A stretch of DNA of 64,000 nucleotides from Glaucostegus cemiculus (Eukaryota): positions 10,540,001 to 10,604,000 of the forward strand of contig CDPCPM010000026.1 of the NCBI GenBank assembly GCA_976551045.1, in the 5' to 3' direction. The position numbers and the translations under genes were made by a program. Shown here in pieces: positions 13,690 to 27,000 of the stretch. The notes beneath the pieces were generated by a model, which made no database searches, was not told the origin of the DNA, and worked only from the letters and a program-made list of their open reading frames with translations. Each line of letters begins with the position of its first letter. Positions within the stretch are counted from its first letter, which is position 1.

Positions 13690-14872
13690 TAGCCAAGATG
13701 TGGTTATGTGGTGGCTGAGCCTGGAAATTAAACATTCCAAGGTACTTGAACTTAGAAAGGACAACTAAATACTAGACTTGATAATAAAGGATGACTAATG
13801 GCAGAAATAGGGAATGATCTTTGATTGGAAGAGCAGGAAGATCAGGAAGGCTTGAAAAAAAATGTAAAAAGCGATAAAAGGACACCAATGAGCGTTCCTC
13901 CCTTATAGAACAGCACACTTTGAGAGAGGATTAATCAAGAAATAACAAGAGATGTATAAAAGCTTGAAATACCAGTGAGGAACTTTATCTTTGTTTACAT
14001 AGAGTAGTTCAGAGAATGAGTTCCTTTAATGCATTCAAGACAATTTAATGGAGCAAATGTCCAGAAACAACTCGGGAACAGGCTATTACAAACATTGTGC
14101 AATTCAAAAGTTTAATTAGTAAGGAAAAAGTAAACATATTTTGAATGAATTTTATATCCTGTTCAAGAGCACATATTTTAATCAGAACATAGAGCCCTGA
14201 ACTTAAGGCTGTCGCTGAGGTAAAAGGGTTGAACTGGCAAAGGTACAATGTGAAATCAGATTAAAAATTTGCCAGTGGATCAGCACCTGCAAACATTTCA
14301 AGAAATAATTGTGAATTCACAACGAATGGGATTAGCTCAGACAGACGTCTTGGTCAGCATGAACAGGTTGGGCCGAAGGGAACTATTTCCATTTTGTACA
14401 ATTCTGTGAATCTATGTGTATATTCCATTGGGATATAAAAACACCAGCAACAAATGAATCAAACTTGAATTGGGAATAAACTCGAAATGATTTTAAGAGC
14501 TTCCGCAGGTATATAGAAAGGAGAATGACCAAAGTAAATGTGGGCCCCTTAGGGGCAGGTGAAGAAAAAATTTGTATGGGAAAATAAAGATGGATGAGAT
14601 ATTTAACACCAACATTTTGAATTTGCCTTCCCTTCAGAAGATATAATAAATGTACGAGAAATGGAGAACGAACTATCCAATGATAGTGAGGAATTTGAAG
14701 TAATTTGTTTTAGTACACAGAAATTAACAGGAGAATTGGGGGGTGAGGGGAGCAGGCAAAAGCCCTCTATCGGAATACCTAAATCCTAAGGTTCTAAAGA
14801 GTATGATGGTAGAGATAGTGGATGCAAGAGTGATCTTGTGATGAGTCTTGATACCAGAATAATCCTAACCAA
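13690..14872 (+). mobile_element. Heavily decayed CR1 ORF2 (endonuclease to linker region)
   Basis: Fragments resembling W-LNIPGY..RKD (~13720), EFL*CIQDNLMEQ..TREQAI (~14020) and KSFRRYI...KVNVGPL (~14500). Confidence 0.65.
14326..14416 (+). mobile_element. CR1 3' tip
   Basis: TGGGATTAG...TTGGTCAGCATGAACAGGTTGGGCCGAAGGG...TTTCC...TGTACAATTCTGTGAATCTATG, the CR1/HER1 3' stem-loop and repeat tail. Confidence 0.85.
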
Positions 14873-14875
14873 TCA

Positions 14876-15945
14876 AAGTCATAGACTCGTGCAGCACAGA
14901 AGCAGGCCCCACAGCCCACCATGTCCATGAGGATCGCAGAATGCTATCCGTACTAATCCCATTTACCAGCACCAGCTTTCTATGCATTCAAGTGCTCATC
15001 AAGGTACTTATTAAATGTTGCAGGAGTACCTACCTCCACCACCTAGTCAGGCAGTGCATTCCAGATTCCAACTACCCTCTGGTTGGAAATGTTCTTCCTC
15101 AGATCCCCTCCAAGCATCTTACACCTCATCCTAAACCTATGCCCTCTAGTCGTCTTCTATTGAGAAAAATTTCCTACTGTTAACTCCACTGATGCCCCTC
15201 ATAATATTGTGTACCTCTATCAAGTCTCAGCTTGCCTTCCTCTGCTCCAGGGTAAACAAACACTGCCTATCCAGTCTCTCTTCATAACTGAAGCACTCCA
15301 TTCCAGGCAATATCACGAGATTGTTTCCAGGGCTGGAAGGAGAGATTGGGCACACTAGGTCTTTATTCATTGGAGTGTATGATACTGAGGGGTGACCTTA
15401 TAGAGGTGTATAAAATCATGAGGAGCGTTAAGAGGATGAATGCATATAGTCTTTTTTTTGGGGAAAGGGAAATCATAAACTATAGGGCACAGGTTTACAT
15501 GAGAGGGGAAAGATTTAAAAGGAATCCAAGGGATAACTCCCATGGTGTGTGTATTGAATAAGCTGCCAGAGGAAGTGGTCAAGGCAGGTACAATAACAAC
15601 ATTTAAAAGGCACTTGCGCAGGTAGGTGGATAGGAAGGGTTTAGAGGGATATGGGCCAAATGCGGGCAAATGGGACTAGCTTAGGTCTTGGTTGGCATGG
15701 GCAAGTTGGGCCAAAAGACCCGTTTCCATGCTGTATTCTATGACTTTAATATCCTGGTGAATCCTATGATGTTGCCACCAGAAATGTGTAACACAGCTCG
15801 AGCCTAACCAATATTGTATAAAGTTGCATATAACTTCCCTGCTTTCATGTTCTATGCTCCAGTTAATGAAGGCAAGTATTTGATATGCCTCCTTTGCCAC
15901 CTTATCTGCTGTGCTACCACCCTCAAGGATTCTTGGACTTGTACC
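14876..15945 (-). mobile_element. CR1 LINE 3' part (14876-15314 and 15748-15945) interrupted by an antisense CR1
   Basis: Tail GTCATAGACTCGTGCAGCACAGAAGCAGGCCC; sequence continues across the insertion as TCCAGGCAATATC|CTGGTGAATC. ORF track 15676-15900 gives AKEAYQILAFINWSIEHESREV. Confidence 0.88.
15315..15747 (+). mobile_element. CR1 3' fragment flanked by a probable 6-bp target-site duplication (AATATC)
   Basis: ORF track LGLYSLECMILRGDLIEVYKIMRS, CR1 3' tail, and AATATC at both 15309-15314 and 15748-15753. Confidence 0.9.
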
Positions 15946-16184
15946 TTAGTGAATACAAATGGGAAGTATTGATTTAAGATCTCACCTGAATCTCCATGCA
16001 CAGATTGCCATTTTATTCCGTAATTGGCCTCAGGGTTTCCCTGTGGTTACCCGCTAAATATGTAACATGTTTTGGGACTTTCCTGAATCTTATCTGCCAG
16101 TAATGCCCCCTCTTTCTAAACAAAATGGCTTACTACAATACAGTAAGAACAATACACTATACTATAATAAGGATTCACTTTGCT

Positions 16185-16520
16185 GAGGTCATATGTTACC
16201 CTGGATAAGACTGTCAATGTTGTAAGGCTGATCCTTTGGCTGGAAGCCTTAAGCTAGGGAGCACAGTCTCACTGTAAATGGTTAGCCACTTAGGATTAAG
16301 GTGAGGAGAATTTTTTAAATCAGATATCTTAAATCTCATGGATAGTGGTATGTGGATGCTCAGTCACTGAGTGGATTCAAGGCTGAGATTGATAGTTTAT
16401 GGATATTAATGGGAATCAAGTGGAAAAGTGGACACGTGTTAGAGAATCATCTATGATCTCATTACATGGTGTAAGCTCAAGTCACCTTGTGACCTACATC
16501 TAGACCTGTTTCTTATATTC
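16185..16520 (+). mobile_element. Old CR1 3' fragment
   Basis: TTAGGATTAAGGTGAGGAGAATTTTTT...GCTCAGTCACTGAGTGGATTCAAGGCTGAGATTGATAG, near-identical motif to 11730-11765. Confidence 0.75.
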
Positions 16521-16729
16521 TGATAAAAATAGAATTCTGACATATATGTCAGGAAATGACCATGTCCACTACAAGAGTGTAATCTGCATTACATTTGTCA
16601 AATCCTCTGTCATCTGCAGTTTGGAGGCTATCTTTGACCAGAAGCATAATTGGACTAGCCACATAAATACTGCAACCACAAGGGCAGTTCAATGGCAGAG
16701 TATTCTTTGAGAAGCAACTCACCTTCTGA

Positions 16730-17345
16730 CTCCATTGTCCACAAGGCACAAGCCAAAAGTGTGATGAAATACTCTCCACTTGCCTGGATGAGTGCACGTT
16801 CCTAACACTTAAAAACCCATGACATTTAACACCATCCAGGTTAAAACAGTCAGTTTGATTGGTTCTCAGTCCACTGCCTGGAACATTCAGTCACATTGGC
16901 ACCATTTTTCTGTGGCTGTGACATGTACATTACAGTTACTCATTGGTTTTCCTTTGGTGGTATCTCCCAAATTCATGACTTCTACCACCCAAAAAGAGCC
17001 AGGTAGCAGAAGTTTGGGAACACCATTGCCTCCAAGTTCCCCTCCTGGATACACACCATTCTAGCATGGAAAAATATTGCCATCACTTCACTGTTGTTGG
17101 GTATAAAGTCTGGAACTTCCTATTCAACAGTATTGTGCGAATAAAAATAGAAACTGTTGGAGAAGCATGTTGGACTGCACCTGAGGAGAGAGAACCAGAG
17201 GTGATGCTTCAGAGCATCTGCAGATTTTTGCTACTTGGACATGTGGGACCACTTTTTCCAGAAAGATTGCTGGTTCAAGAAGATGGTTACCACCGCCTTC
17301 TTGAAGACAGTTAATATGAGGGAAGAAATGTTTACCTGGCCTTAT
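16730..17345 (+). mobile_element. Non-LTR retrotransposon 3' fragment (CR1/L2-clade, distinct family) with a small PLE-terminus-like insert at about 17140-17240
   Basis: Reads IVHKAQAKSVMKYSPLAWMSA...NTIQVKTVSLIG, resembling the RT thumb motif YKAQVRSVMEYSPLAW...LDTIQ-KA-RLIG. Confidence 0.7.
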
Positions 17346-20300
17346 CTGGCCTGGACCATTGCATTATGCTTGAAAACCAGAATAGGTGAAGCCGAGACAT
17401 AGCAAATTACATGAAAATGTTTTATCTTTTATCAACTATTTTAAAGCTATGCTCTAATTGAGAGGCAGAAAGGTGAACAGAAAATATTGCTTGATACCAA
17501 TACTGTTCCTAGTTCCAAAATCTGTAATGACTATAAAAATCTGTGAATGTATTGCTCCCAATAACCTGACAACCAAGTATTTCTTTGAATACCTCTTGGT
17601 AAAACAGCTGTGATATAAATGACCATTTACGTCGTATAACTGAGGTGGTGCAGAAAAATAGATTGGGGTGGCAACACAGCCTTCTTAAGTCTGATTTGTA
17701 TTCTGCCTTAAAATAACTGATTTTGTGCTCCCATGTTGATTGATATATTGATTGATGGATCTACAGCTGGTGTCTGAAATGCTGGAGTGTTAACTCCATT
17801 GTGGTTAATTTTCAATTGTTTATATGATTAGACAGCTGTATTTTTGTCCAACAGCTTTGGGAATAAGGACCCTTCAAGTAAAATCTCCCCCATTCCTGCC
17901 CATAATGGACAGCTGAAGAAGAGTTACTGAGAGCAAGAATCCTCTGCAGGTTCCTGCTGCATGAATTTCTCAGGAAACTTTCACCTTGCGGAGTAGCATC
18001 TGGAGAGTAGGTTCCACTGAATTAGACACATCTGCACTTCGATGCTGGTGACTATACATCATTACATCTAGAAAGCAACGATAGTCTTAATTTTGCTGCA
18101 AACGACTCTCCTGCATGTGTAATCACCCTTTGGCAAATCTGTCACCTATATAAGTCTTGTCAGGAACAGTATTATGTGGAACTTGTCAGCATGTCTGGAA
18201 GTAGTACCATGTGTAAAGTTATCCCATGTTTTCAGTGTTTATCAAAGTATGCAAACATCCCATACTGAACTTTTTATTATCTTCTATATTCATATAGGTG
18301 GGAAGGGAATCACAGTTTAGCTGTTCATTTACTCAAAGGAACCTATTCATTTGTTCCATTTTTATGAAACCTGTCATAAATTGCATGCTGAAATCTGTTT
18401 CCAAAAGATTATTTATACATGAATGGTGTAGGATTCATGTGTGCCAGATATGCAATTGATTTGAAATTTCATGAATCCACTTTTACAAGGAATTAGAAAT
18501 GTTAGGTTAAACTCTCATGTCAATGAATAAGTGTGTTTGGTTGCTCTTAGCTGCTTTAACCATAAGCTAATTCTTTGAGTCATTAATAGATTGGAACAGG
18601 ATAAAATTGGAGCATAGTACCAGATTGCTGACTAGAAAAATTTTGACTGCCCTTTTTTTGTTCCTTTACTTATGAATTTATACTACTTTTGTCAGTGAAA
18701 AAATACCATGATCGATTTTGATGTCACCTTACTGTCAGTGCAAACTAATAGTACAGTTTTTAAGAAGAATATTCTGCAGTATATTCTCAAAGTGGAGCAT
18801 GTTCCAAATGCTCCTAGCAAAATACCTTCAGTGAAATGTCAGGAAATGATGGCATGAAGTCAGTAAAATTCAGGTTCTCCAAACTTCGAAGCTTGACCAC
18901 TGGGAGATATAGTTTGACTTACCAAGTATATAGCTACTTCACAGAACCTGCTTGTATAGTACTGTGCCTACTTACATGACAGAGTCTGAAAATAGCTTAC
19001 AGATGTCAAAAAGAGTTATCACCAAAACGTCAGTAAATATGATACTGCCACTCTCAACATCAGGGAAATGTTAGCAGTGGCATTTATTATTAGCCAGCTG
19101 ACATAAATCACACACATATTAAAGTTTATGGAGCTGGTCAGTGACTCGCATCAAATTGTGGCATGTGTGGTGACCACCACTTCTTGGTGACATTGCAGTG
19201 GGCTCATGCCAGTCAGAGGTATGCATGCTAAAGCAGCTGTCCTGAGGTCACAATAAAACAAATAACGTAGCAATGTAATTTATGGAGGCTTCAATAAGAG
19301 TGTGATTTCAAGAGTGAAAGTGGAACAAGGAGCTCTGATTTCTCCACTCACCTTGCTCAGGTTTGAGTTGTGTGATGGTGAAAGGAGTAAATAACCATTT
19401 GTGTGAAGGAGGCGGTTTGATTAGAGTAATGGTTGTATGGCAGGATTAATTTGGGTGCATTCTATCGCAATGATTGGTTTTACAGGAAAATTTGTTGTGA
19501 ACCTGTGCTGTCAGCGATGAATTTGCAATTTTAAACAAACATGAGAATATTTAGCATTTGTGTCATTGTACATGTGGATTTAAGTGAGCTTTTTTGATAA
19601 TTTATAATCAGTTGTTTTTTAAGAGGGCAAGTACAAAAAGGAATGATTTGTTAATTGTTGTCATACATTTCATATTGAGCACCTGAATGGATGAAAGTAG
19701 TTCCAAAGGTCTACTTTCCTTTCTATTGTTACTCAAAGGAAAAATGCAGTTGAAGGTGGGTTAATCATCCATACTACCTCGTTGCAATTGATCAGGATAA
19801 GTCTGTTTAATTTAATTATGCTTCAGAAAAGGCAATCTGATCATTGGGAGCTATTTTTTTGGCAATAGAAACATTCCCATTAAAAGGCGTCTGAAATAAT
19901 GAACAGAAAAGGGACTAATTATTGTTCAGTAGGAATTAAACAGTAACACTCATTTCCAGCATAGAAGTCAGGAAAAGTAAAGCTGTATGATTGAAGATAG
20001 CTTCCTATTTTATTGTTTTATATTACTCTCTATTTTTTTAAAATGCCACAATTAAATCTCCATAGATTGTCAATTCAAATTAGTGATGGAAATCAATTCA
20101 ATGTAGGTTTTCACAGAGATTGGCATTTCTTCAGCCAGCCATCACGGCAGCTGGACTTCATTAACCACTGGTGTTAATTACTGGGAGGCTGTTAGTTCAG
20201 TCCACATGTACAGGCACTTGGGGTAACACAAAAGAGTCACCTTGAAAATGAACATTCTCTCCAGACTGACTACCAGTAAATAAGTGAAAAGAGCTTTATT

Positions 20301-20893
20301 TTTCATTCCTAGAAATTTAGAACCTTTTATTTTAAATAATGAGAACTCCTGTTAATCTATTAACTGCACAGCAAAGAAAAATGAAGTGGTAAACATCGAG
20401 TAAATTGAAAGGTTGTCAATTATTTTATTATGAGGTAGAGATAATTATAGAGTTGTAAGACAAAGAAAAATGTGCTGTTTCTTTTAGTCTTTAATTCTCC
20501 ATCAGGACCAGTGTCTGTATTTTCTGCAGAAAATCAATGCATTCTGATTCTGTAATTTCCCATGGTGCATCACTCAAGAGTGCGCTGTGTTGAGAGCTGA
20601 CATATCCGGTCATGGTAGTCTGAACTTTTCTGTAAAGAATTCATTGGAATTTCACAACCTTTGCTGGATTTTGTGAAAACACTTATTTGTGTTTGTGTAA
20701 ACCTGCTAATGGCGGATGCCTGCATTGTGAATCCCACCTACAATCCACGCTCGTTATGGCGTGGAAAGCACTGTTAATAATGCATCTGTGAAACTCAGCT
20801 GCAAGGGAGCCAAGTAATTATCCCACTGTAGCAATCCCTGCCTCAGTGTCATCACAACTGGGGCTTCATTAAAAGTCCTAACAGTAAAGACTT

Positions 20894-20956
20894 TGTGTAT
20901 CTGTCTGTATGTGTATGTGTGTATGTATGTATGTGTGTGTGTGTGTCTGTCTGTAT
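20894..20956. repeat. Compound (GT)/(GTAT)/(GTCT) microsatellite
   Basis: TGTGTATCTGTCTGTATGTGTATGTGTGTATGTATGTATGTGTGTGTGTGTGTCTGTCTGTAT. Confidence 0.95.
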
Positions 20957-22149
20957 TTTTTCTCATTTAAATTATCAACCATGCCATGGCGCAGAGGTAA
21001 TTTGACTTTTTGAAACCCAAGCAGCCCTGGTGTATTTCCTTCCAGCTTCACCTTCAGTGCAGTACCAGCTGATCAGCCTCAACAGAACAAAGGGTTTATC
21101 TGAAGCTATGAAGCATGTATGAACCAGCTTCCACCCAAGAAAAAAAAATCAAAGGACACAAGTAAATGTGTTAATTCAGAGCAAAATACACACAGCTAGA
21201 CACTAAATCTTTACAGGGATTTTAGCTTTTGAAAGTGATTCTTTGATCATTGCTCGAAACAAATTCCCTTCCTGCACAATAAAGTAAGCTATGGGATACA
21301 CACATCCACAATAAAGGCAGGACCTAGATTTAAAGCTCCAAGGGCCTTTTACATTTTCCTCAACCAGATATTTTTCTGAAGGAACAACTTAGAGTTTGTA
21401 TTTTACTTTAACTCAGCAGCCAGGTTTGCAGTTGGAATGGTGAGAAAAGAAGTGTTTGAGTATTGTGCTATGAAGGGAACAATCCTGCAGTGAAGCAGTT
21501 GTGATATTAGAGCGGCTCTCCTAAGAGATCCCATGGCTCCTGTGTACTGATCGTAGTGGCACATTCCCAGACAGCTGGTCGCTCAGCATGGGCTGTGCAT
21601 GCAGCTAGGAAGCTAGCGCGCTGGCGGAGAACAGGTAATGCTCTAATTTCCCCTGTGCAGATGCGGCCAGGAATATCTTAATTTATTGGTGTGCTGGCAT
21701 GCAAGTGGGATGCCGGCTGTGCAGTCTTGCATATCTGTTAGCAAAATGAACTGGTGGGTGCTATCTTTCATGAAGCTAAGTTTGAAATATTCATTTTTTC
21801 CTATTGCCCATAAATTGATTCAGTAATTGTTATATAAGAACATGCAAATATTGATCAGGAAACAAATTAAAACTTGAAGTTTTGGTGGTTTGTGAATAAA
21901 ACAAAAACAAATCTTGATGATTTCACAGTTTAGCTTACATTGATAAGATTTTTTTAAATGGAAGGAACTCATCAATCACAATTAGTGACAAATTCAGTAA
22001 CATATTTGACTGTATTTCAAGACTATTATTGGACACTTACCTCCTTTTAAGATGATTCTTAAAGTTACATTATTTCTATATTAGTGTTTCCTTCACCTTT
22101 GCGTCCAACAAAAAGTATGAAGAATTTTTTTGGAGATGAGTGTGTCACT

Positions 22150-24000
22150 GAGATTGAGACCATCAAATCAGTTGTCTCTACTGCTTTCTTTCCCTTCCTG
22201 CAGCCCCCTGGATCAAACTTCCAAGGTTTCCCAACCAATTCAGCCTTGAACCCATATCTTTATCTAGATATTCCCCACATGTTCTCTCCAAATTTCTTTT
22301 GATCATGAAACCCATCTCCTGCTCCCTCAACCACATTTAGCTAAATGGCTGAACATCCAAGTTCCCTCTTTGACTACAATGTTAACTAATGGCACAGTTT
22401 GTCACCTGAATTGCTAGCCTTTCTCACATGGTTGATATTGTTGCCACACTGAAAAAAAAATCATGGACTCTTTTAACTTTGCAAATTATTAATCCATTTC
22501 CAATTTCCCTTTTTCTCCTTGAATGTGTCTCTTCCTAAGTTCATTCTCTTCTTTCCCAATCACCATGTTGTAATCTCTCAAACCATGTTTCTGCCTTGCC
22601 ATGATAACAGAACTGTTCTTATCAAAGTCATAAATTTCATATGTGCAATCCCCAGGTTCCATAAGGGTTCCATTCCTGAGAACTGTCTGTAACAGATTTC
22701 TACGCAAGTCAGAACTGTTTATTTTCTATAGCTACCCTCATCATATCACTCCACATGCACTTGCTATAATCCTTCCAATTCATTGAATAATCACCCAAAT
22801 GCGATCCATAACTTAACTAATGGAATGTATTATGTACTCAGTCATTAATGAAAACTGTGAAGCATTTTTTAGTTTTTACTAGCTTGAAAACTAATGTATG
22901 GGAGAATTTGCAAAAAGTCATATTTTTATAATACGGTCATTTGTAACCTGGGGAGTCCTTGGATTACATGAACATGACTAAAGAAAGATTTATTCATTCC
23001 TTTCCATTTTGCACAGTGTACAGACTTTGGCATAGTTAGCCATCCATCCACCTCCAACATCCCTCCACTGTCACCCAGTTGATTTGGACCACTCTTCTGC
23101 TTCCATTCTGATCTAACTAGTCATAGCCAAAGAATATCTTCTTCTTCCCACTGTTTCTTCTGTTGTCCATCCCTTCTTTGTCTTCTAATATTTCTCACCA
23201 ATGCCCCATCTGCACCGTCATCACCTGTAAACCCATGCACTGCTTTTTTAACCAACAAAGAGTTTAATTGGTGTAACAGCTTGTCCAACATCCAATACTA
23301 GATGAACAGTAGTCTCCTCCAAGGAGATATTGGGAAGGTCAAAGCCATTGTCTTCATTCCCCATCAGAAACATTGTTACCTACCAAATACTCCATTTGTT
23401 TCCCTCATTCTAGGAAGAACTGATTGCAGATTTGTTGTCATGGTTGGTCCCTTTGATGAACTTCTTCACTATCAGTAAATCTGGCTGCTTCTACCTCAGG
23501 TGAAATTACCAACCACAGCCTCTGCTCATCTGCTATTGAAATCCTCATTCATGCCTTTGTTACCTCCAGGTTTGGCTCTTCCAAGACACTCCTGGCCAAT
23601 CTCCCACATTCATCCCTGTAAATGAGGATGCTTGAAATCCTGCTGCGTCATAATTTACACCAAGTCTTTTTCACCCACCATTCCTATGCTTCCCGTTGAC
23701 ATTGGCTCCTCGTTAAGCAATACTTTGATTTTAAAATTCTCACTTCTTGCTTTCAAATCCCTCCGTGATCTCACCCTTCTTCTCTATAATCTCCTTCACT
23801 CCTTCCAAGGTATTTGTGCTCCTCCATATTTGGTCTCTTGAATATTCCCAGTTTTAATTGGTCATTGGCTGCCATACTTCAGTTGGCAACATCCATGGGT
23901 CTAGAAATTTCTCCCTTAATTTACTGCCTTACAATTTCTTTCCATCACTGCACCTCTTTCCACCACTTTCCTCCTTTAAGAAATTCCTTAAAACCTGTCC
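22150..24000 (+). mobile_element. Ancient L2 LINE relic (RT domain to 3' end), interrupted by a DNA-transposon-like insert
   Basis: TVLIKVIN (~22612, cf. ETALIKVTND) and GCTATTGAAATCCTCATTCATGCCTTTGTTACCTCCAGG (AIEILIHAFVTSR, cf. L2 AETLIHAFVTSRLDY). C/T-rich strand typical of L2. Confidence 0.8.
22641..22962. mobile_element. Tigger/pogo-like non-autonomous DNA transposon (MITE) relic
   Basis: Terminal inverted repeats TCCCCAGGTT (22649-22658) and AACCTGGGGA (22945-22954), AT-rich interior, and L2 homology stops and resumes at its ends. Confidence 0.65.
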
Positions 24001-27000
24001 GTTTATTCAGTTCAAACATCTGATTTTGTCTGATAATACTCTTCTAAAGTACAGAAGGAGTAATACATTGAATGTGTTTTTTTCTTGAAAATTTCTATTT
24101 GAATATTTCATTTTCTGAAATGGCAGTGACTCAAGCACATCATAAGATGATTATTTTCCATTGTTTTCAGCAGCTATGATCACTTTCTGTCAGTCAGTTG
24201 AAAACTTCTGCCAGTATTATCTCTACATTTCCCTTCCCCTTTCTGTTGCATTGTTTGCACTGGTACAAATACTTTGTTAAGATGGACATTTCTAAGAAGT
24301 GCGATTGTAATTGTTGTACAGTTGATCGAAAAACTGTGAAAGGAAAACTTCCTATATTTGAGCTACAAGGTTAGGTGTAAGAGAACAGGGCATGTTCAGT
24401 CAACTTGTTACTCTACAAATAATCATTTATAGGGAACCAATCATGTGAGATTAAGATGCATGTAGAAATGGAATAAGATTTTATTGCTTTAAGAAATTTT
24501 ATATAATTGTTAAGTAATTTAGAAATATTTTCTTTCAACTCTTGACGACATCAGCTAACAATCAATAACATACTTTTTGAAATCCTTTTAACATTATGTG
24601 TTGTACTGCAGTTTGTGTAAGGTCAACTTTTAATACAAAACAAAGTCTGCTACAGCTACAAGTAAGTATCTTTTATGGACTTGAAAAATACTGGCAAGTA
24701 GTTAACATGACTGCTTTATTCTCTGGAAATTAACTGATGAGGAAGGAAGTATTAAAACTACCCACATCTTCACTTCTCTCTTACTCTTTTCTTAACTAAT
24801 CGCTTAGTGGGCAAATTCACAGTGGCATTGCACTGTGCTAATAAGACAGTGAAGCAACTAGATCCAGTTGCTGATCTATAATTAGCCAGGGCAGCAGTTA
24901 TTCCTGGGATATGAAGGGTTCTTGTTTCTGATTATGATGTTTCCTGCTAGTTAGTCGGGCATATATGGGACTGAGTTAGTTTCTGTGGGATTCATGGTCA
25001 AATGGTCCATTGGTACCACCAGGATTCTTGAATGACAAATAGTCACAGTCATATTACTGAAAAAGCTGCAACCACATGATGAACCTTAACTTGAACCTTA
25101 TGATGAACCTTAACAGTATGTCCTATTTAGGGCATAGAAAACTGGAGGCAGCAAAAGATATCTGTACATTTCAAAATGCCTTTGGTTAATGTGCTGGCTT
25201 TGTACTTTTAGTGTTCACACAAGAAAGCTGTTTTGTGTTCAGCTGAGTTTTATGCCAGGCGTTGTATTTGTTTTTTAATCTATTTCATTACAAACTTATC
25301 ACAATGTAGTTTAAATTAGGCAAAATAATTATAGTGACTCCATTTGCATCAACTCTGTCAGTGAACTTTTATCTACAAGTATAATCAGATAATCAGATTT
25401 TATATGGTTGAAAGTTTACTTGGTCTTTAATTTTGTTGCAAGTAAAGTGCTTTTATTACTGTTTAAAATGTTAAAATGTTTTTATTACTATTTACAAATG
25501 TTAGTGTTCATTGTCTTCTTATATCTAAGATTAAGTAACCTCTTGATAAAATTGCAATTATGATGTCAGTCATGAATTTTGTATGAATGTTAACATGCAT
25601 CAAGCATGAAATACATGGACTATCAGTGTGTCAGATCCAAATTGCCCTCATTTAAAAAATGAAATACAGAATGACATTCTCTCATAAAATTTAAACCATG
25701 CACAGTGTGTAATAACTTACTATGAAGTGCTCCATTACAACTTGAACTTTTAATTCTTATGGACTTCATAAGTTAATTCTATTCTTGTTTATAATGTCAT
25801 TTAGATCCATTATTTGATAGTGTATAACATGTTAAGAGTAAAACAAGCAGAATGCTTCTACGAAGAGGCAGCTGAATATTTAGTTGTATTTTAAGAGGCA
25901 TTCTCCAAGGGAAGCTATATTTAGTACTGTAGTTTTATAGCAGGATGCCAATTCTCAGGGTAATTATATACTTCAGTATAGTGTAACAAGATTCTGATTA
26001 TAACTTGCACAGTGATACAATGCACACTTCTTTCTTAAGAGATCTTTATAGTAAAAGAGAAACCTATCAAATTTGACAATTATTTTACTGGAGGAAATGT
26101 AGCTGGAAACACATTGTGTCATTAGAAGGTGTGAGTACCTTATTCACAAATGTTAAACAGATGACCTATGTAACATATTTCTTCTATTGTAGAAAATTGT
26201 AATATTTAGTGTTTGGTTTGCCGTATACAATTTGGCATTACTGTATAACTAATCCTAATTAATAGCACAGTTTGCAGTTGTTTAGCAGTACTTGCGGTGT
26301 TAAGTGATTTCACAAGAATATTCAGTCCCAGTATTCCTGAAGTTGGCAAACACATTATATAATGATTAATGTAGAGCTGCATTAGTATAGACTTCATAAG
26401 GGATTTTGCATATCAAATGTAATTGTACAAATGTTCTGAAACAAAATGCAGTGCTTTGAAGATAAAGAACATTATTGCCAGCTGAAGACTAAATGTGCTT
26501 TCAATAGCTTGATAAGGTTTTCATTCCACTATTTTACATTTGGAAACAGTGGAAGAAAATGCACTATTTTTGCAAGAGGAGAAGTAAATAATTACCGCTG
26601 AACTTTGATAGTTTATATCATAATGCCTAATCTCTACTGGTTTCGTGCACTGATGTGTTGTCATCAACAACAGAAAAATGTAATTATTATAAAACACTAG
26701 ATGTATTTAGCAGCTTGTATTGCTCTTAGGAGGTTTTTGGTTGTTGAAAGGGGAATCAGAACAGTTGTGGAGGATCCAATTAGGTAAAGAGTTAATGAAT
26801 GAGAAATTGCGATTTTGTACACAGAGGTAATATAATTAATGGTCCACATACCATTCTGCTGGGGACTTAAAATGATGACAGGTTACTGAAATACATATAC
26901 TACCACACTAGATTATTTTAGAAGTGGGTGTGGGGGTTGGGGTCATTTCATAATGCCTATCTTTTTGCCTGACACATGTATTTTTGAAAAATAGGTGCTA

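Noticed and set aside
21588-21608. ATG GGC TGT GCA TGC AGC (MGCACS), resembling an acylated N-terminus
   Set aside because: An in-frame TAG follows immediately, before the splice donor.
25077-25114. Repeated TGATGAACCTTAAC units, and the 41068-41119 duplication, as possible array or CRISPR-like repeats
   Set aside because: Only two or three adjacent units without unique spacers in a vertebrate genome; ordinary slippage duplications.
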